This document shows positions 26,047 to 38,399 of a stretch of DNA of 64,000 bases, piece by piece (within the stretch, counting starts at the first letter, position 1; every line of letters begins with the position of its first letter). The position numbers were made by a program, and so were the translations under genes. This DNA comes from Octopus vulgaris (lineage: Eukaryota): contig OX597823.1 of the NCBI GenBank assembly GCA_951406725.2, forward strand, positions 66,340,001-66,404,000, read 5' to 3'. Under the pieces are notes generated by a model. That model saw only the letters and a program-made list of their open reading frames with translations, searched no databases and was not told the origin of the DNA.

Positions 26047-26144
26047 ATTCCTTGATCATGATGGAGTAACTTTTTTCCCCTATACAAGCCGAAAAGGTTA
26101 TAGGAAACAAGGACAAGATAATTATTATAATCACTGATAAAATA

Positions 26145-26283
26145 AAAGGGCTTCAAATTTTGTCAAAGTGCTAACACATTTGGAGGGGAGCGGAAATCCA
26201 TTACATTGGCCCCAGTGAACAACATACACGAAACACCGCTAAGCATTTTGTCTGGCGTGCTATAGATACTGCCGGCTCACTGC

Positions 26284-26285
<2 letters not shown>
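26145..26285 (-). mobile_element. Degenerate, internally deleted SINE family B
   Basis: Reverse complement of the head (gccggcagtatctatagcacgccagacaaaatgcttagcggtgtttcg) and tail-like sequence. Confidence 0.6.
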
Positions 26286-26350
<65 letters not shown>

Positions 26351-26352
<2 letters not shown>

Positions 26353-26914
26353 TGGAAGCTATGCCAACATTATGGAATAACAACAGAAAACCTATCAAAA
26401 AGATGGTATAGGCACACACCAGAAAAGGTCACAGAAAACGAGAAAGCAACCATACTCTGGGATATGCCGATACACACAGATAGAGAAATTAAGGCCAACA
26501 GGCCAGATATAGTTGTCAGAGATCATGAAGAAAAAAATGCTTTCTAATTGATGTATCAATACCGGTAGATGACAACGTGTTTCTAAAAGAAATGGAGAAA
26601 CTCTCAAAATACAAAGACCTGGAAATAGAGGTAACTAGAATGTGGAATCTGAAAACAGAAACAATTCCTATCATAGTAGGTGCATTAGGCATGATAAAAA
26701 ATATTCAGACAAATACATAACAAAAACACCAGGACTTACAAACACATATAACATACAGAAAATTGCACTACTAGGCACTGCACACATCCTACGCAGAACA
26801 CTTTCCATACAATAACCATCAGAGCATCACAACAAATCACAGCACATACCCAAGGCACACAGAGCTGCGCTCGGTAGTGAAGTGAAAGCACGCTATAAAA
26901 ATAAAACTACTGAA
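26351..26914 (+). mobile_element. 5'-truncated Dong/R4-like retrotransposon (RLE domain plus 3' UTR) inserted in (TAA)n
   Basis: WKLCQHYG...WYRHTPEKVTENEKATILWDMPIHTDREIKANRPDIVV...LIDVSIP...KEMEKLSKYKDLEIEVTRMWNLKTETIPIIVGALG...KIALLGTAHILRRTLSIQ*, with two single-base slips in A runs. (TAA)n lies directly on both sides. Confidence 0.9.
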
Positions 26915-26918
26915 TAAC

Positions 26919-26996
<78 letters not shown>

Positions 26997-27086
26997 AAGA
27001 AGAAGAACAACAACAACAACAACAATGATGATGATGGTGATTATAAAAATAATAATGATGAGGATGAGGATGATGATGATAATAAT

Positions 27087-27134
<48 letters not shown>

Positions 27135-27160
27135 CATTATTATTATTATTATTATTATTA

Positions 27161-27225
<65 letters not shown>
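26914..27225. repeat. Compound trinucleotide microsatellite (TAA)-(GAA)-(CAA)-(GAT)-(TAA)-(TTA)
   Basis: Read directly from the sequence. Confidence 0.95.
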
Positions 27226-27929
27226 CCAATAATGATATATTCATGTTTCTAGATACCACCATATAGAAAATGTGTAGTTTATATGAGATCACATGTTTAG
27301 AGCCCATAAGAGTATACATAAAATTAAAGTTCCTCTTCCGAAATCTCATAAAATGGAATTTTATAAGACATAAAATAGCTTACGAATTTAAAATCTGTAA
27401 CCAGATTGTGTCTCAAATTCTTTTATTATGATATTAAAAAATAACAAAAAACTTACAAATATGGCTATTGTATATGGTATATAGAATTATAAATTTTTCC
27501 TAATTATAAACGCCCAAGTTATAAGTTCCAAACGATATATCGTTATGTTACTAAAAACGTATGACAGTAGTGAAAGAATAAAAGAAGACGAAAGTTTAAC
27601 AGCTCGTACATGTAAAAATGTCATTTTTCATCAAATTCATAATCATGAGAACAAAAAAAGTTCATTCATATATTAAAGCATAATAGCATGCTTTCGAACA
27701 TTATATTCAATATTTATATGCATAATTTAACAAGTGATTTATCCTTGTAAATTTAGCGTGAATATTATTGGAGTTAGCAGAACATCATTCTTGCTTGTGT
27801 CATCGCAAGTGATGACAATATATTTAATTATGAACAATGCCCTACCACTTCAAACTCAGAAAAGACATCATTGTTAAATTTCTAACAATAAGATTTTGCA
27901 AGAAAGGATTTAATCATTCTTTCTGATAT

Positions 27930-28130
27930 AGGCACACAGCTTGAAATGCTTGTAGGAAAGAGGCCTGGTCATTTTCATCGAGCCCAGTGCTCAACATATG
28001 CTTTCTTTATTGATCTTGGAAGGCCGAAAGACAGCATCATCGCGGCGGTATTTGAACGCAAAAGGAAGATGGTTGACGTGCCGTTAAGCACGTTATTTGG
28101 CGTGCTAAAAATTCTGCCATCTTGCCACCT
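27930..28130 (-). mobile_element. Degenerate SINE family B
   Basis: Weak reverse-complement match to the family B head (ggtggcaagatggcagaatttttagcacgcc) and core. Confidence 0.5.
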
Positions 28131-28837
28131 TGTATTTTTATTTAATAATCTAAATTATTATTCTGCTTGTTCGTTCACGCCTTACACTTTAGTTTGTTAC
28201 AGATGGTAGAGGTGAAGTGAGAATGAAATAAGAGTGGAATGAAAGAGAGGGGGAGCGAGTGAAAGAATTAGAGGCGAGAAGAAAGAAGAAAGAAAGAAGT
28301 AGAGAAGGATGCATAAATATGAATGCATGCATTTAATAAGTATATGCATCTCTATATTAATACACTATGGTAAAATGTGTGGCGTTGTGGTTAGTTGAAG
28401 GGAGAGGGAAGACATAGTAGACTGGGAGAGAGACAGAGAGAAGGAAAGAGAAAGGTGGTCAGCGGTGAGAGCTAGGAGGAAAGGCTTCTTATTATGGTAT
28501 ATTATTAAATAGTTAATGGAAGAGGTAGATAGAAAGAGGGAGGAGAAAGAGAATATATAACGTAGGGCAGTTGTGGTACAGTTGAAGCAAGTAAAAAGAG
28601 AAAGTGGGGAGAGAGAAGGGGGAGAAAAAGAGGGAGAGAGAGAATGTGTTTATTGAAGGGAAGAGCAAAAAGTGCTAGTTTTTTATACTTTATCTTTCCT
28701 TTTCATATCACCCATCAGTTAATGTATGCGCTTTATTGAATTAACTATCGTCTCTTCAGTCAAAGCTTACACAATACGGCCAACAACAGACGATGTAAAA
28801 CTAACAAGACAAAGAATAAGGATTTTATTTCAAATCT

Positions 28838-29264
28838 AGGCGCAGCATTGTCGTGTGGTAAGTAGCTTGTTTCCAAACCACATAGTCCAGGGTTCAGTCT
28901 AACTGCGTGCTACTTTGGGCAAGTGTCTTCTACAATATCCCCGGGCCGACTAAAGCCTTGAGAGTGTAATTGGTAGACGAAAACTGAAAGAAACCCGTCG
29001 TATATATGTATATACATATTTTTATCTAATTATTGGTGTGTCTTTGTGTCTGTATTTGTCAACCCACCATCACTTGACAACCGATGGTGGTGTGTTTATG
29101 TCTCCGTAATTTAGCAGTTCGGCAAATTAGACCGATAGAATAAGTACTAGTCTCGCAAAGAATAAATCTTCGGATCGATTTCTTAGACTGAAACATTTTA
29201 AGATAGTGCTCCAGCATGGCCACAGTCAAATGACTGAAAGAAGTAAAAGAACAAAAGAGTAAAA
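28838..29264 (+). mobile_element. SINE family A, full length, diverged
   Basis: aggcgcagcattgtcgtgtggtaagtagc...gggttcagtc...ttgggcaagtgtcttc...aagtaaaaga tail. Confidence 0.9.
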
Positions 29265-29461
29265 CTGTATAAAGATTTGTCAAAACTCAACCAACCTAGT
29301 AAAGGAAAATAATATAGATGACGTCATTGAATTTGTTCCACAGTTAATACTGTCTACTTCACATAAAGTAATAAAAAATGACAAGTCAAAAAGTTGAAGA
29401 CGTATGAATATAAAATGTTACAAATGCTTTTTGGGATTGCAGCTGTAATGCTACATATACT

Positions 29462-29691
29462 CTTACTCTCTCTTTTACTCTTTTACTTGTTTCAGTCATT
29501 TTGACTGCGGCTATGCTGGAGCACCGCCTTTAGTCTAGCAAATCGATTCCAGGACTTATTCTTTGTAAGCCTACTACTTATTCTATCGGTCTCTTTTGCC
29601 GAACCGCTAAGTTACGGGGGTAGTAAACACTCCAGCATCGGTTGTCAAGCGATGTTGGGGACACACGCACAAACAAACATACACACACACA

Positions 29692-29742
<51 letters not shown>

Positions 29743-29878
29743 CTTAACTATCCTCTCACACCGTCTCCGATGAAGGGATATAATTAATAAATAGCCTAGA
29801 AACAACTGTAAGACCTTCTATCTATAAATGGTCTAATATCTACACAGCCTTGCTTTTTATCTTATTACGCAAAAAAAC

Positions 29879-29916
<38 letters not shown>

Positions 29917-30083
29917 GTACGACGGGCTTCTTTCAGTTTCCGTCTGCCAAATCCACTCACAAGGCTTTGGTCGGACCGAGGCTATAGTAGGATACACTTG
30001 CCCAAGGTGCCACACAGTGACACTGAACCCGGATCCATGTGGTTGGTAAGCAAGCTACTTACCACACAGCCACACCTGCGCCT
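29462..30083 (-). mobile_element. SINE family A, split by an insertion into its internal (TA)n
   Basis: The 3' half is at 29462-29695 and the 5' half at 29918-30083, with foreign sequence at 29741-29880 between (TA)n tracts. Confidence 0.9.
29763..29814 (+). ncRNA. Hammerhead ribozyme motif, sub-family 1, with a core substitution (CCGAUGA)
   Basis: GUCU-CCGAUGA-agggauau...auagccua-GAAA-caacug-UA-AGAC. The flanks are homologous to the 14788-14835 copy (ctcaca.cgtct upstream, ctataaatg downstream). Confidence 0.65.
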
Positions 30084-32769
30084 TTTTCATCATCTCAAGG
30101 TTCCAATGTTTCATACACTTATATAATATACCATCTTAGAAGCTTTAAGATAACTGTGGAATTTCCATGATATACTACTGGTAAACAATGTATGTCACAA
30201 CGCATGGCACAAACAGAGGAAACTGGTTCGTAAGGATATTTATGCACTTAACCAATTGCATCGCCAAAAAGGTAGCATTATTCTGGTAAGTGGGACTACA
30301 TATTGGTTGCTTAAAAAGAAATTGATTGTAAATAATGATAGTATATTTTCAAAAACATATTATTAATAAAGTAGTGAAATTTATTCGTGTAATTATCGTT
30401 ATCATTTTCAATATCCGTACGCTATTGAAAAAGAAATTGTGCAATTATAAATGTCTCAAAATTTTATAATAATAATAATTAAACTAAGACTGTACTTCTT
30501 CCTCGTCCTGCCTAACAAACATAAGCCCTTCGTACTCTCCCTCACCGTCATTCTTCCCTTATTTTCCACTCCAGTTAGTGAGATAAACACCGCATCGTTT
30601 TCTGTATTGCAGTTTCTTATTTTTAGTGCCACTTACTGTCACTTGACATCCGGTTATTTCCGCATCACTTATATTTAGCGTGATATTATATAAATACGTG
30701 TTACTAATTATAATAATAGATTTCTTTCGGTCAGTGATCATAATCATATAAAATCGTTTTCTTCAAGGCTGATAATTTTTATATAAATTTTATAAAAATA
30801 AAACTTATTGAAAATTTTCGACCGTCATTTTACTGCATAGCGTATATTCCCTGTCCTTCTTACATTCAAACAAGCAAAAACGAAATTTATGCAGGATCAT
30901 AAGATAATAATACGTTTAAAAATACTTGCTTTATTCCAAATGCTATATTGACTTATTAGGGCCATCTAAAATGGCTGCAAACTCATAGCAAATCCTCAGT
31001 TCATGACACGTGTTGAATTCTTCAGAACTAAGGAGATTAAACTACTTTTAATATAGCCTTCGAACTTGTGTATTCTGTCGACAGATTTTTGACTAGAAAG
31101 TGAGGAACTTGCTTACCAGGTTAACTAACCATTCCATATATTAGTTGAAGTCAGATTTCTAAGATGAAAACCAAATAAGTTTGCAACTGAAGAATATTTT
31201 TATATATTTTTAATTAAATTTACCAATCTCTACCTAACTTGCTCTCCTTGTCAGGTAATTATCTAGTTTTTATGACATTCTTAACCCAAACAGTGTTCAA
31301 ATAACTTTACGTTTTTAATGGTAACTATTTATTGATTTGTTACTTATTGATTTTCTTCATTTAATAGGCAAAAAATAGTCATTAGGAATGACGGGTAATA
31401 AAACAGTATTCGCCCCCAATTGTTGACATCGATGTACTTCTCTTCTACAGCAGAGAATTATGACCCAACGACCCATCATATTTGCTAAACATTTATAATT
31501 CTTTCAATTCACAAGCTATCTATGTATTCACTGTTTGGTTTATTAACTATAACTTCCCTATATTTTGCAAGAAGACGAACACGTAATTTAATCTACGCTG
31601 TAATTTCGTTGAATATATGTTCATATTCTACACTATAACTCGATTTATATTAGACTTACCAAAGAACGTTAAACCATTTATGCTGAATGTTTTTATTGAT
31701 TCCTTCCATGAAAGTATTTTTATGTGAGCCCACATTTTCAAATGAAATAAATTTATCAACTGATATATTTGGCATCCAACGATATGTTATGGCCACGCAC
31801 CTTAAAGCAAGCTGTAAGGTTCCTTTCAGCTGGAAACACGACGTAGTTTTCATTTACATTTCAAGTATTCTATTTCACATATTCTATTAATGTCAAAGGG
31901 AAAGCAAATGTGTTACGATATCTAACTTTTAGTTCCCTTAAGGTATTTATAACAAATGAAAGAGAAATTTGTATTTGACCATAAATAAATGATTGTAGAA
32001 ACAGTAGTTCTGGATTAAATTCCCCTGAAGTTGATATATCTACCGTATATCACACATGCCGAGGATATGGAAGCCAAGAATTCAATATTCGAATGTATGT
32101 CACCTACAAATATACCAAATAAATACCATATAACATGAATATGCTCTTGCTATTGTAATTGATGCCGTAAATTGGCAGTCTGAACGTAGAAAAATTGTTT
32201 CCGAAATTTCAACTGGCTTTTAATGCTGGAACTACAAATCCCAGCGGTGTTGACTTTGTCCTCTATTTTCACGGGTTCGATGAATAACGTACAAGTTACA
32301 CACTACAGTTTACTTAAACAACTAATCACCTTTCCCACAAACTTTTAAATCTTGAACCTATATTAAAATCAATTAGGGCAGTGAATTGGCTGTTCATTCG
32401 GGATTTGGACTAAATGATTTGCAGTATTTATTCCAGTTGTGTACATTCTCAGTTCAAATTTTAGCGAAGTCAATTGCAACATTGATCCACAGGACGTGGG
32501 TGAAATAAGCATCTAGGCAAGGACGCGGAATCGCTATAATTGACTAAATCTCCTCCCCATAAACCACCTGACACTGCGTCTAGTTTAGAAACAAATACAA
32601 ATATTGCTCTTGCATTCGCATGCTCTAAAATGTCACACTTCACAATGTTCCACATAGAGTGTACGTTCTTCCAGAATTCTATGTTAATCTCAGTACCAGG
32701 CTTGTTGAATAGCATCTACTCACTAAAGTGCTTCAGAAGATTTTTTTAGCGTCTTTTCAATTAGTTTGA

Positions 32770-34080
32770 CCTGACAAAATGCTTTTTTACACATGTTCAC
32801 ACTATACGCCCACTCTGCTATCCCAGAATAATTAGTAAGACAAGTAAAACCACGACGTCACCTTATATATTGCGACTATCATATACCAATCATGCGGGAG
32901 GAGTGTGCCCTTATTGCTATTAACCCCACAACATCTGCCATTTTTCTGGGGTATTTTTCTCGGGGAGTGTCATTTACTTACTTTTAATCGCAATACTTTT
33001 TATATCAAACCCACCTCCGTTTGGCATCCACTTCCAGGAACTCCGCACATCTTCTTTTTCTTATGCGTGTGCGCCTGAGTTCAAACACCTATCGTCACGT
33101 TGGTACTTGAAAAGTATCATATAATCATTCCATTGGTTCGCCCATTATCTTGAGTTCGCTCCCAACAATTATTTATTCAGCTGATTAATGTATCTCTTCT
33201 ATACGCATTTTTTTACTTTTTACCAAGTATAGTATTTTTCCTATGCGTTTGGTAATCACCTCATATTCTCAACTTTGTTTTCCCTTCTTATATGCCCTCA
33301 CAAAAAACCTTTTCCCCAATTTTGGAAAATTTTGCTGTATTTCCCCTTGCAATTTTTCTTTTCTTGCCAGGTAGCAATTTATCGAAGAATTATTTTACTT
33401 TATTCGCAAACGTCAGCTCCACTGGTGATATGCCTGCTGATGTATTTGGATTTGGTGTCACACTGTATACTCTTAAGAATCGTTGTAGAGCTACCTCATC
33501 CGTGACATCTTTATTCGACTTTCTTAGGCTTCTCTTGAACGTATCGACAAAGCTTTCTGCATGTCTGTTGGATCTGGGATGGTATGGCGCTGTAATTACA
33601 TGTTATACAGCAAACATTTTACAGAACTTTTTAAATGCAAAAGACAGAAATTGCGTTCCATTGTCAGACACTATCGCGTCTAGCACTCAAATCACGCAAA
33701 CAACTCAAGAAAAAAATGTGTCATATTTGAAGAGGTTGATTTTTTACACTTACAAATTTCTGGCCATTTAGAGAAATTATCAATTACCACCTAAGTACTA
33801 TGAACCATTTAAAGTACCAGCGAAATCGATTTGTAGTCTCTACCACGGAACATCTACTTTTGGCTAAGGTTCACTTTTTATCGTCGGTAATTTGGCTGTT
33901 AGAACACATCCCCTACAGCCTTTAACTATATTTTCGATTTCTCTATGCATTTTCGTCCAGTACAAGTAGCTAGGCATTAACGCTTTCATCCTCGAAATAC
34001 CAGGATATCCAACATGAAATTCCCTCAACATTTTTTTTTTTGTAGTGTTTCAGCTATGACTAATCTCTGTGCATAGACTC
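32770..34080 (-). mobile_element. Gypsy/Ty3 LTR retrotransposon remnant: integrase plus probable 3' LTR
   Basis: LREFHVGYPGISRMKALMPSYLYW...VKGCRGC (degenerate HHCC), RLQIDFAG, IVSDNGTQF, ITAPYHPRSNRHAESFVDTFKRSL (DDE core). A TGTTG... start at 32933 followed by a TATA-like motif suggests the 3' LTR. Confidence 0.85.
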
Positions 34081-34114
34081 CTCGTTACCAGTTTTTTTTT
34101 TCAAAAAATATTCC

Positions 34115-34648
34115 TTCTGCTTGTGACTGCGGACAAACTGAAATAGCCCTTGAGCTTGTTTATTCTTGTCGAAATTCTTAGTGCATGGACAGAAACTCAG
34201 TCCAAGCTCCAAGACTGAGATATCGTCGGATGAGAAATTTTAGTTTAGATAAATTTATGACCGACTTATTCTCTAGTGTGATGGATTTTCTTGGGCAAGT
34301 GGTTTTCAGAGTCTTGCTCTCATTAGATTCCTGACTTCTCTTTGGCCTTGCTCGAAATCTTCACTTAAAACACGGAACCTATTGGGTGATAAAATTTGTT
34401 TTGTATGCTCATGTGAGAAGTCATAATTTTTAGTCGTCTTTCTTGCAGTAATCCACTTCTGGATGGATATTAGAAACTGAGTAAGTTACGTGGTTTTTGT
34501 AGGCATTTGAAAAACCCTTACTCTCGGGAAAGGAACAAATTTATTGTTTTGGAGAACAAATCTTAGATGTGCTCGCATTTTTGACTGATCAAATATAAAC
34601 TTCTCAGGAACGTTTCCAATGACCAGTCCAAATGCATAAGCCAGTGTA
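34115..34648 (+). mobile_element. Possible L1/Tx1 ORF2 C-terminal remnant
   Basis: CDCGQTEIALELVYSC resembles the CxCGxxETxxHxxxxC zinc motif. The rest is unalignable by eye. Confidence 0.3.
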
Positions 34649-34670
34649 TAATAATAATAATAATAATAAC

Positions 34671-34705
<35 letters not shown>

Positions 34706-34737
34706 TAATAATGATGATGATGATGTTGATGATGATG

Positions 34738-34827
<90 letters not shown>

Positions 34828-34842
34828 GTAATAATAATAATA
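34649..34842. repeat. (TAA)n/(GAT)n microsatellite
   Basis: Read directly from the sequence. Confidence 0.95.
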
Positions 34843-34954
34843 ACCAGTAAATAAGTGTCACCGTAGTCTGCTGTCCGTGGACAGCTGACACTTTCTATCA
34901 TACCCAGCAAAATAAGTTGTGAGTTTTCGTCACATAATAGTAATAAGAATAATT

Positions 34955-35790
34955 CACGTGTGGATACTGACCGCCTATACAGGAAGAGAGCAAATGGAGG
35001 AAGAGGACTGATAAATGTGGAAGACTGCGTGCGTATCGAACTTGAAATCTTAACTCAAAGTAAGGAAACCTTACTAGTGACAGGTAGAAACAAGAGAGTA
35101 TCGAAAGCAGAGAAAAATGGAAATTCAAAAGATGTGCAAAAATGACATGAAGAATTCCTTATTGCCACAACAGAAGTTAATGGATAAATAGGTGGGATTG
35201 GCTGGTGAAAAGTACGCTAAAAAAAGAACCGAGAGCACTATATTGGCAGCACAAGACCAAGGAATGAGCAAGTGTCTCCGCTGTGCCACATCTGTAATAG
35301 AGTGGATGAATCCATTGCACTTTTCACGAACGAATGTACTAAACTTTCCCAAAAACCATGAGAAAACTTGCCCAAAACCACTACGATCAGGTAGCAAAAA
35401 TGCTACATTGGAAACTCTGCGAAAAGGGGTGGCTAGAGAGAGGCAAGACTTGGTATGAGCACAAACGGGAGAGCGTGGTGGAATCGGAGACTAGCAAAAT
35501 TCCCTGAGATTTCCCAATACAAACAGATCAGGTGCTAAAGCATAACGCCTGGTCGTGGTGGACAATGTGCACCATATGTTATATAGTTGATGTTACATTC
35601 CCCTTGACCTATGAATAGTCATGAAGGAAGGCGAAAAGATTGATGAATACAACTCTCTTAAGTATGAAATACTCCAGCTGAGGAAAATGAAGAAGGTGAA
35701 GATAGTGCCAATTATTACTGGGTCCTTGGGAACAGTATCAGACGGCATCAGGTGAATATAAAGGAGATTAGAATAGAGTGTGATAAAGAG
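34955..35790 (+). mobile_element. Degenerate Dong/R4-like retrotransposon (post-RT region plus RLE)
   Basis: DTDRLYRKRANGGRGLINVEDCV, KKRTESTILAAQDQ, QVAKMLHWKLCEK...WYEHK, DFPIQTDQVLKHN, KVKIVPIITGSLGTVS. Confidence 0.85.
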
Positions 35791-35839
35791 AAACAATAAT
35801 CATAACGACAACAACAACAGCAAGAATAACAATAATACT

Positions 35840-36175
35840 TTATCATGAAAGAGAAGAGGTTGAAAATATGGAGACCTGAGAATTGAAATCGCTAACCTGT
35901 GTCAGCTACGAAAGTCAAACATAAATGTTGCTTTCGTTGTCATAGGAGCATGGGGTTTAATTTCAGTCAACCTGAAAAAAGCATCTGGATATTTTAGAAA
36001 TACCCTACAATCGTGGTGTATTGCAAGAATCGTGCTTACTTGCAATTGTACACATACTGCGTAAAGTACAGTTTTTTACGTCCTTGTTGTGACTTGACAG
36101 ACAGCACCAAGCCCCGGTACACTCACTATCTTCAGTCTATAACATCACAATATTGGATACTGTGTGACGTCTTCA
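35840..36175 (+). mobile_element. Second, different RLE retrotransposon 3' end
   Basis: KYGDLRIEIANLCQL...FVVIGAWG...LQESCLLAIVHILRKV followed by a UTR and a (TAA/GAT)n array. Confidence 0.7.
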
Positions 36176-36229
36176 ATAATAAGAATGGTGATGATGATAA
36201 TGATGATGATGATGATGATTATTATTATT

Positions 36230-36293
36230 ATACCCAAGGCATAGAGAACTGCGCTTGGTAGTGCAGTGAAATAACGTGATAAAAATAAGACTG

Positions 36294-36297
<4 letters not shown>
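36230..36297 (+). mobile_element. ~70-bp 3' UTR stub of the 26351 Dong-like family
   Basis: tacccaaggcatagagaactgcgcttggtagtgcagtgaaataacgtgataaaaataagactgctgaa-(taa)n matches 26847-26914. Confidence 0.85.
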
Positions 36298-36385
<88 letters not shown>

Positions 36386-36430
36386 GAAGAAGAACAACAA
36401 AAACAACAACAACAAAAATAATGATAATAA

Positions 36431-36530
36431 TACTTGGAACAGCACGTGTTGAGGAAATTATTGTGCCTTTAAGTTGTGGGATGGAGCTAAGACGTGACAT
36501 AGGTAAATCAGGAGGAGACAAGTGAATAAA
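36431..36530 (+). mobile_element. Very short RLE retrotransposon 3' stub
   Basis: LGTARVLRKLLCL* (one-base slip; cf. LLGTAHILRR), flanked by (TAA)n. Confidence 0.55.
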
Positions 36531-37014
36531 GATGAATAAAAATAATAATGACGTTGATGCTGCTGATGATGGTGATCAGGAGAAGGAGGAGGTTAAGAAT
36601 GGGGATCATAGCAAAACGACTAGGTATGATAAAAGAACAGTATTATCAGCATTCAAATTATATTTTCGTTATGGAATTATTTTTATTTTTATCAAATGCA
36701 ATAAGAGCAGTTGCAACGAAGAGAACAACATATAAAAGGAAGAAAGGAAACAGCAAAAAAAAAAGCCGCCGAAGTTATGATAAATATCAGCACTGCAATA
36801 AAAATTTAAAGAAATAAACGCGTAAGAAAACTCATACATACTAAAATCTCAAAAACAAAAAAAAAATTGCAATGAAAACCTCGAAGGAACAAAAATGGCT
36901 AGATCAAAAACAACAGATAAAAAACAGCAATGAAAATATATGAAAGCCAGAACAGCAATAAGCTAAAACAACAACGTTAGTCAAAGCAACAGCAAAAAGG
37001 CCACAGTAACAAGC

Positions 37015-37065
37015 AATAATAATAACAATAGCAACATTTACTACTACTACTACTAATACTACTAC

Positions 37066-37126
<61 letters not shown>

Positions 37127-37197
37127 AATACTACTACTAATAATAATAATGATGATGATGATGATGATAATAGTAATAATAATACTGCTACTACTAT

Positions 37198-37232
<35 letters not shown>

Positions 37233-37452
37233 TTGCAGCAGCAGTAATAATAATAATAACAACATTGATAATAATATTATTAACAATAATAATAATAATA
37301 TTAACAGCAACAATATTAATAATAATAGAAACAATAATAATAATAACAATAATAATAATAATAATAACAACAACAACAACAACAACAACAATAATAATAA
37401 CAATAAGAATAATAATAACAACAACAACAACAACAACAACAATAATAATAAC

Positions 37453-37511
<59 letters not shown>

Positions 37512-37519
37512 TAATAATG

Positions 37520-37578
<59 letters not shown>

Positions 37579-37580
37579 GA
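37015..37580. repeat. Long compound (TAA)/(TAC)/(CAA)/(GAT) microsatellite
   Basis: Read directly from the sequence. Confidence 0.95.
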
Positions 37581-38399
37581 CGACACAGTAGGCATCAGAC
37601 GCTTTTTCGTTCGTATGATATGGAGAACTGCAAATTAATATATCTACTGCATAAACGTAATTGACTGGCTCCGGGGGAAATGAATGCCAAACAGTAGCAA
37701 TGATCTGTAATAATATAGCATCCAACATAAGGTTCATATTCTATAAATGGTGTCTCAACAATAAACATTAATGCGGTTTTTTTTTTTCTTCTTCGATTGA
37801 ATCAATACAATGTAACAGATATTGCTATTTGTTCCATGTGATAATGAAAACAATATCATTTCTATTTTCATGTGTAATTTCCTTTCTTGATCCACATTAA
37901 AAAAACATCCAACATAATATGAGTATAGAACGTCTGTAGTCCGTATATTAATATCTCTTTTTTTTTTTGCAATTATTATACAGTGTTATCATTTTCAATT
38001 TGGATTGATTTGCTAACGTTTAATCGTGAGTAATATAGTCTTTTTCATATACAAGTATCTTTTTTTCATTCTACATAAGCGTTTATGTTACTGACTCATT
38101 CATCGTTGTTGTAAAAGGGGAAACATTATTAATAATAACAATGATAATAGTGATGATGATGATGATGATGTTGATGGTGGTGGTGGTGGTGGTGATGGTG
38201 ATTGTAATCGGAATATTAGTAGTTATTCGTTGTTGTTCATTGTACCAACAAGATGCCCGATGCTCTCCCTATGTTTTGTTTCTTCGTATATCTAGACACA
38301 TTCTCATTATTAATACCCGCTCTTTACTTGTTGCGAAGTCAGTCAAGAATTTAGTAGTGTCCGTTTACGGCGGTAATCTGCGGCAACATATAGTAGTTG

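Noticed and set aside
32165-32570. Very old SINE B-like traces (also ~5490-5630, 10020-10140, 21390-21460, 25130-25200, 39570-39730, 40140-40560, 44890-44990)
   Set aside because: Probably real but too decayed to delimit, so not listed individually
36904-37737. Longest ORF (277 aa, hydrophobic poly-I/V/L)
   Set aside because: It lies almost entirely in a compound trinucleotide array and is not a membrane protein
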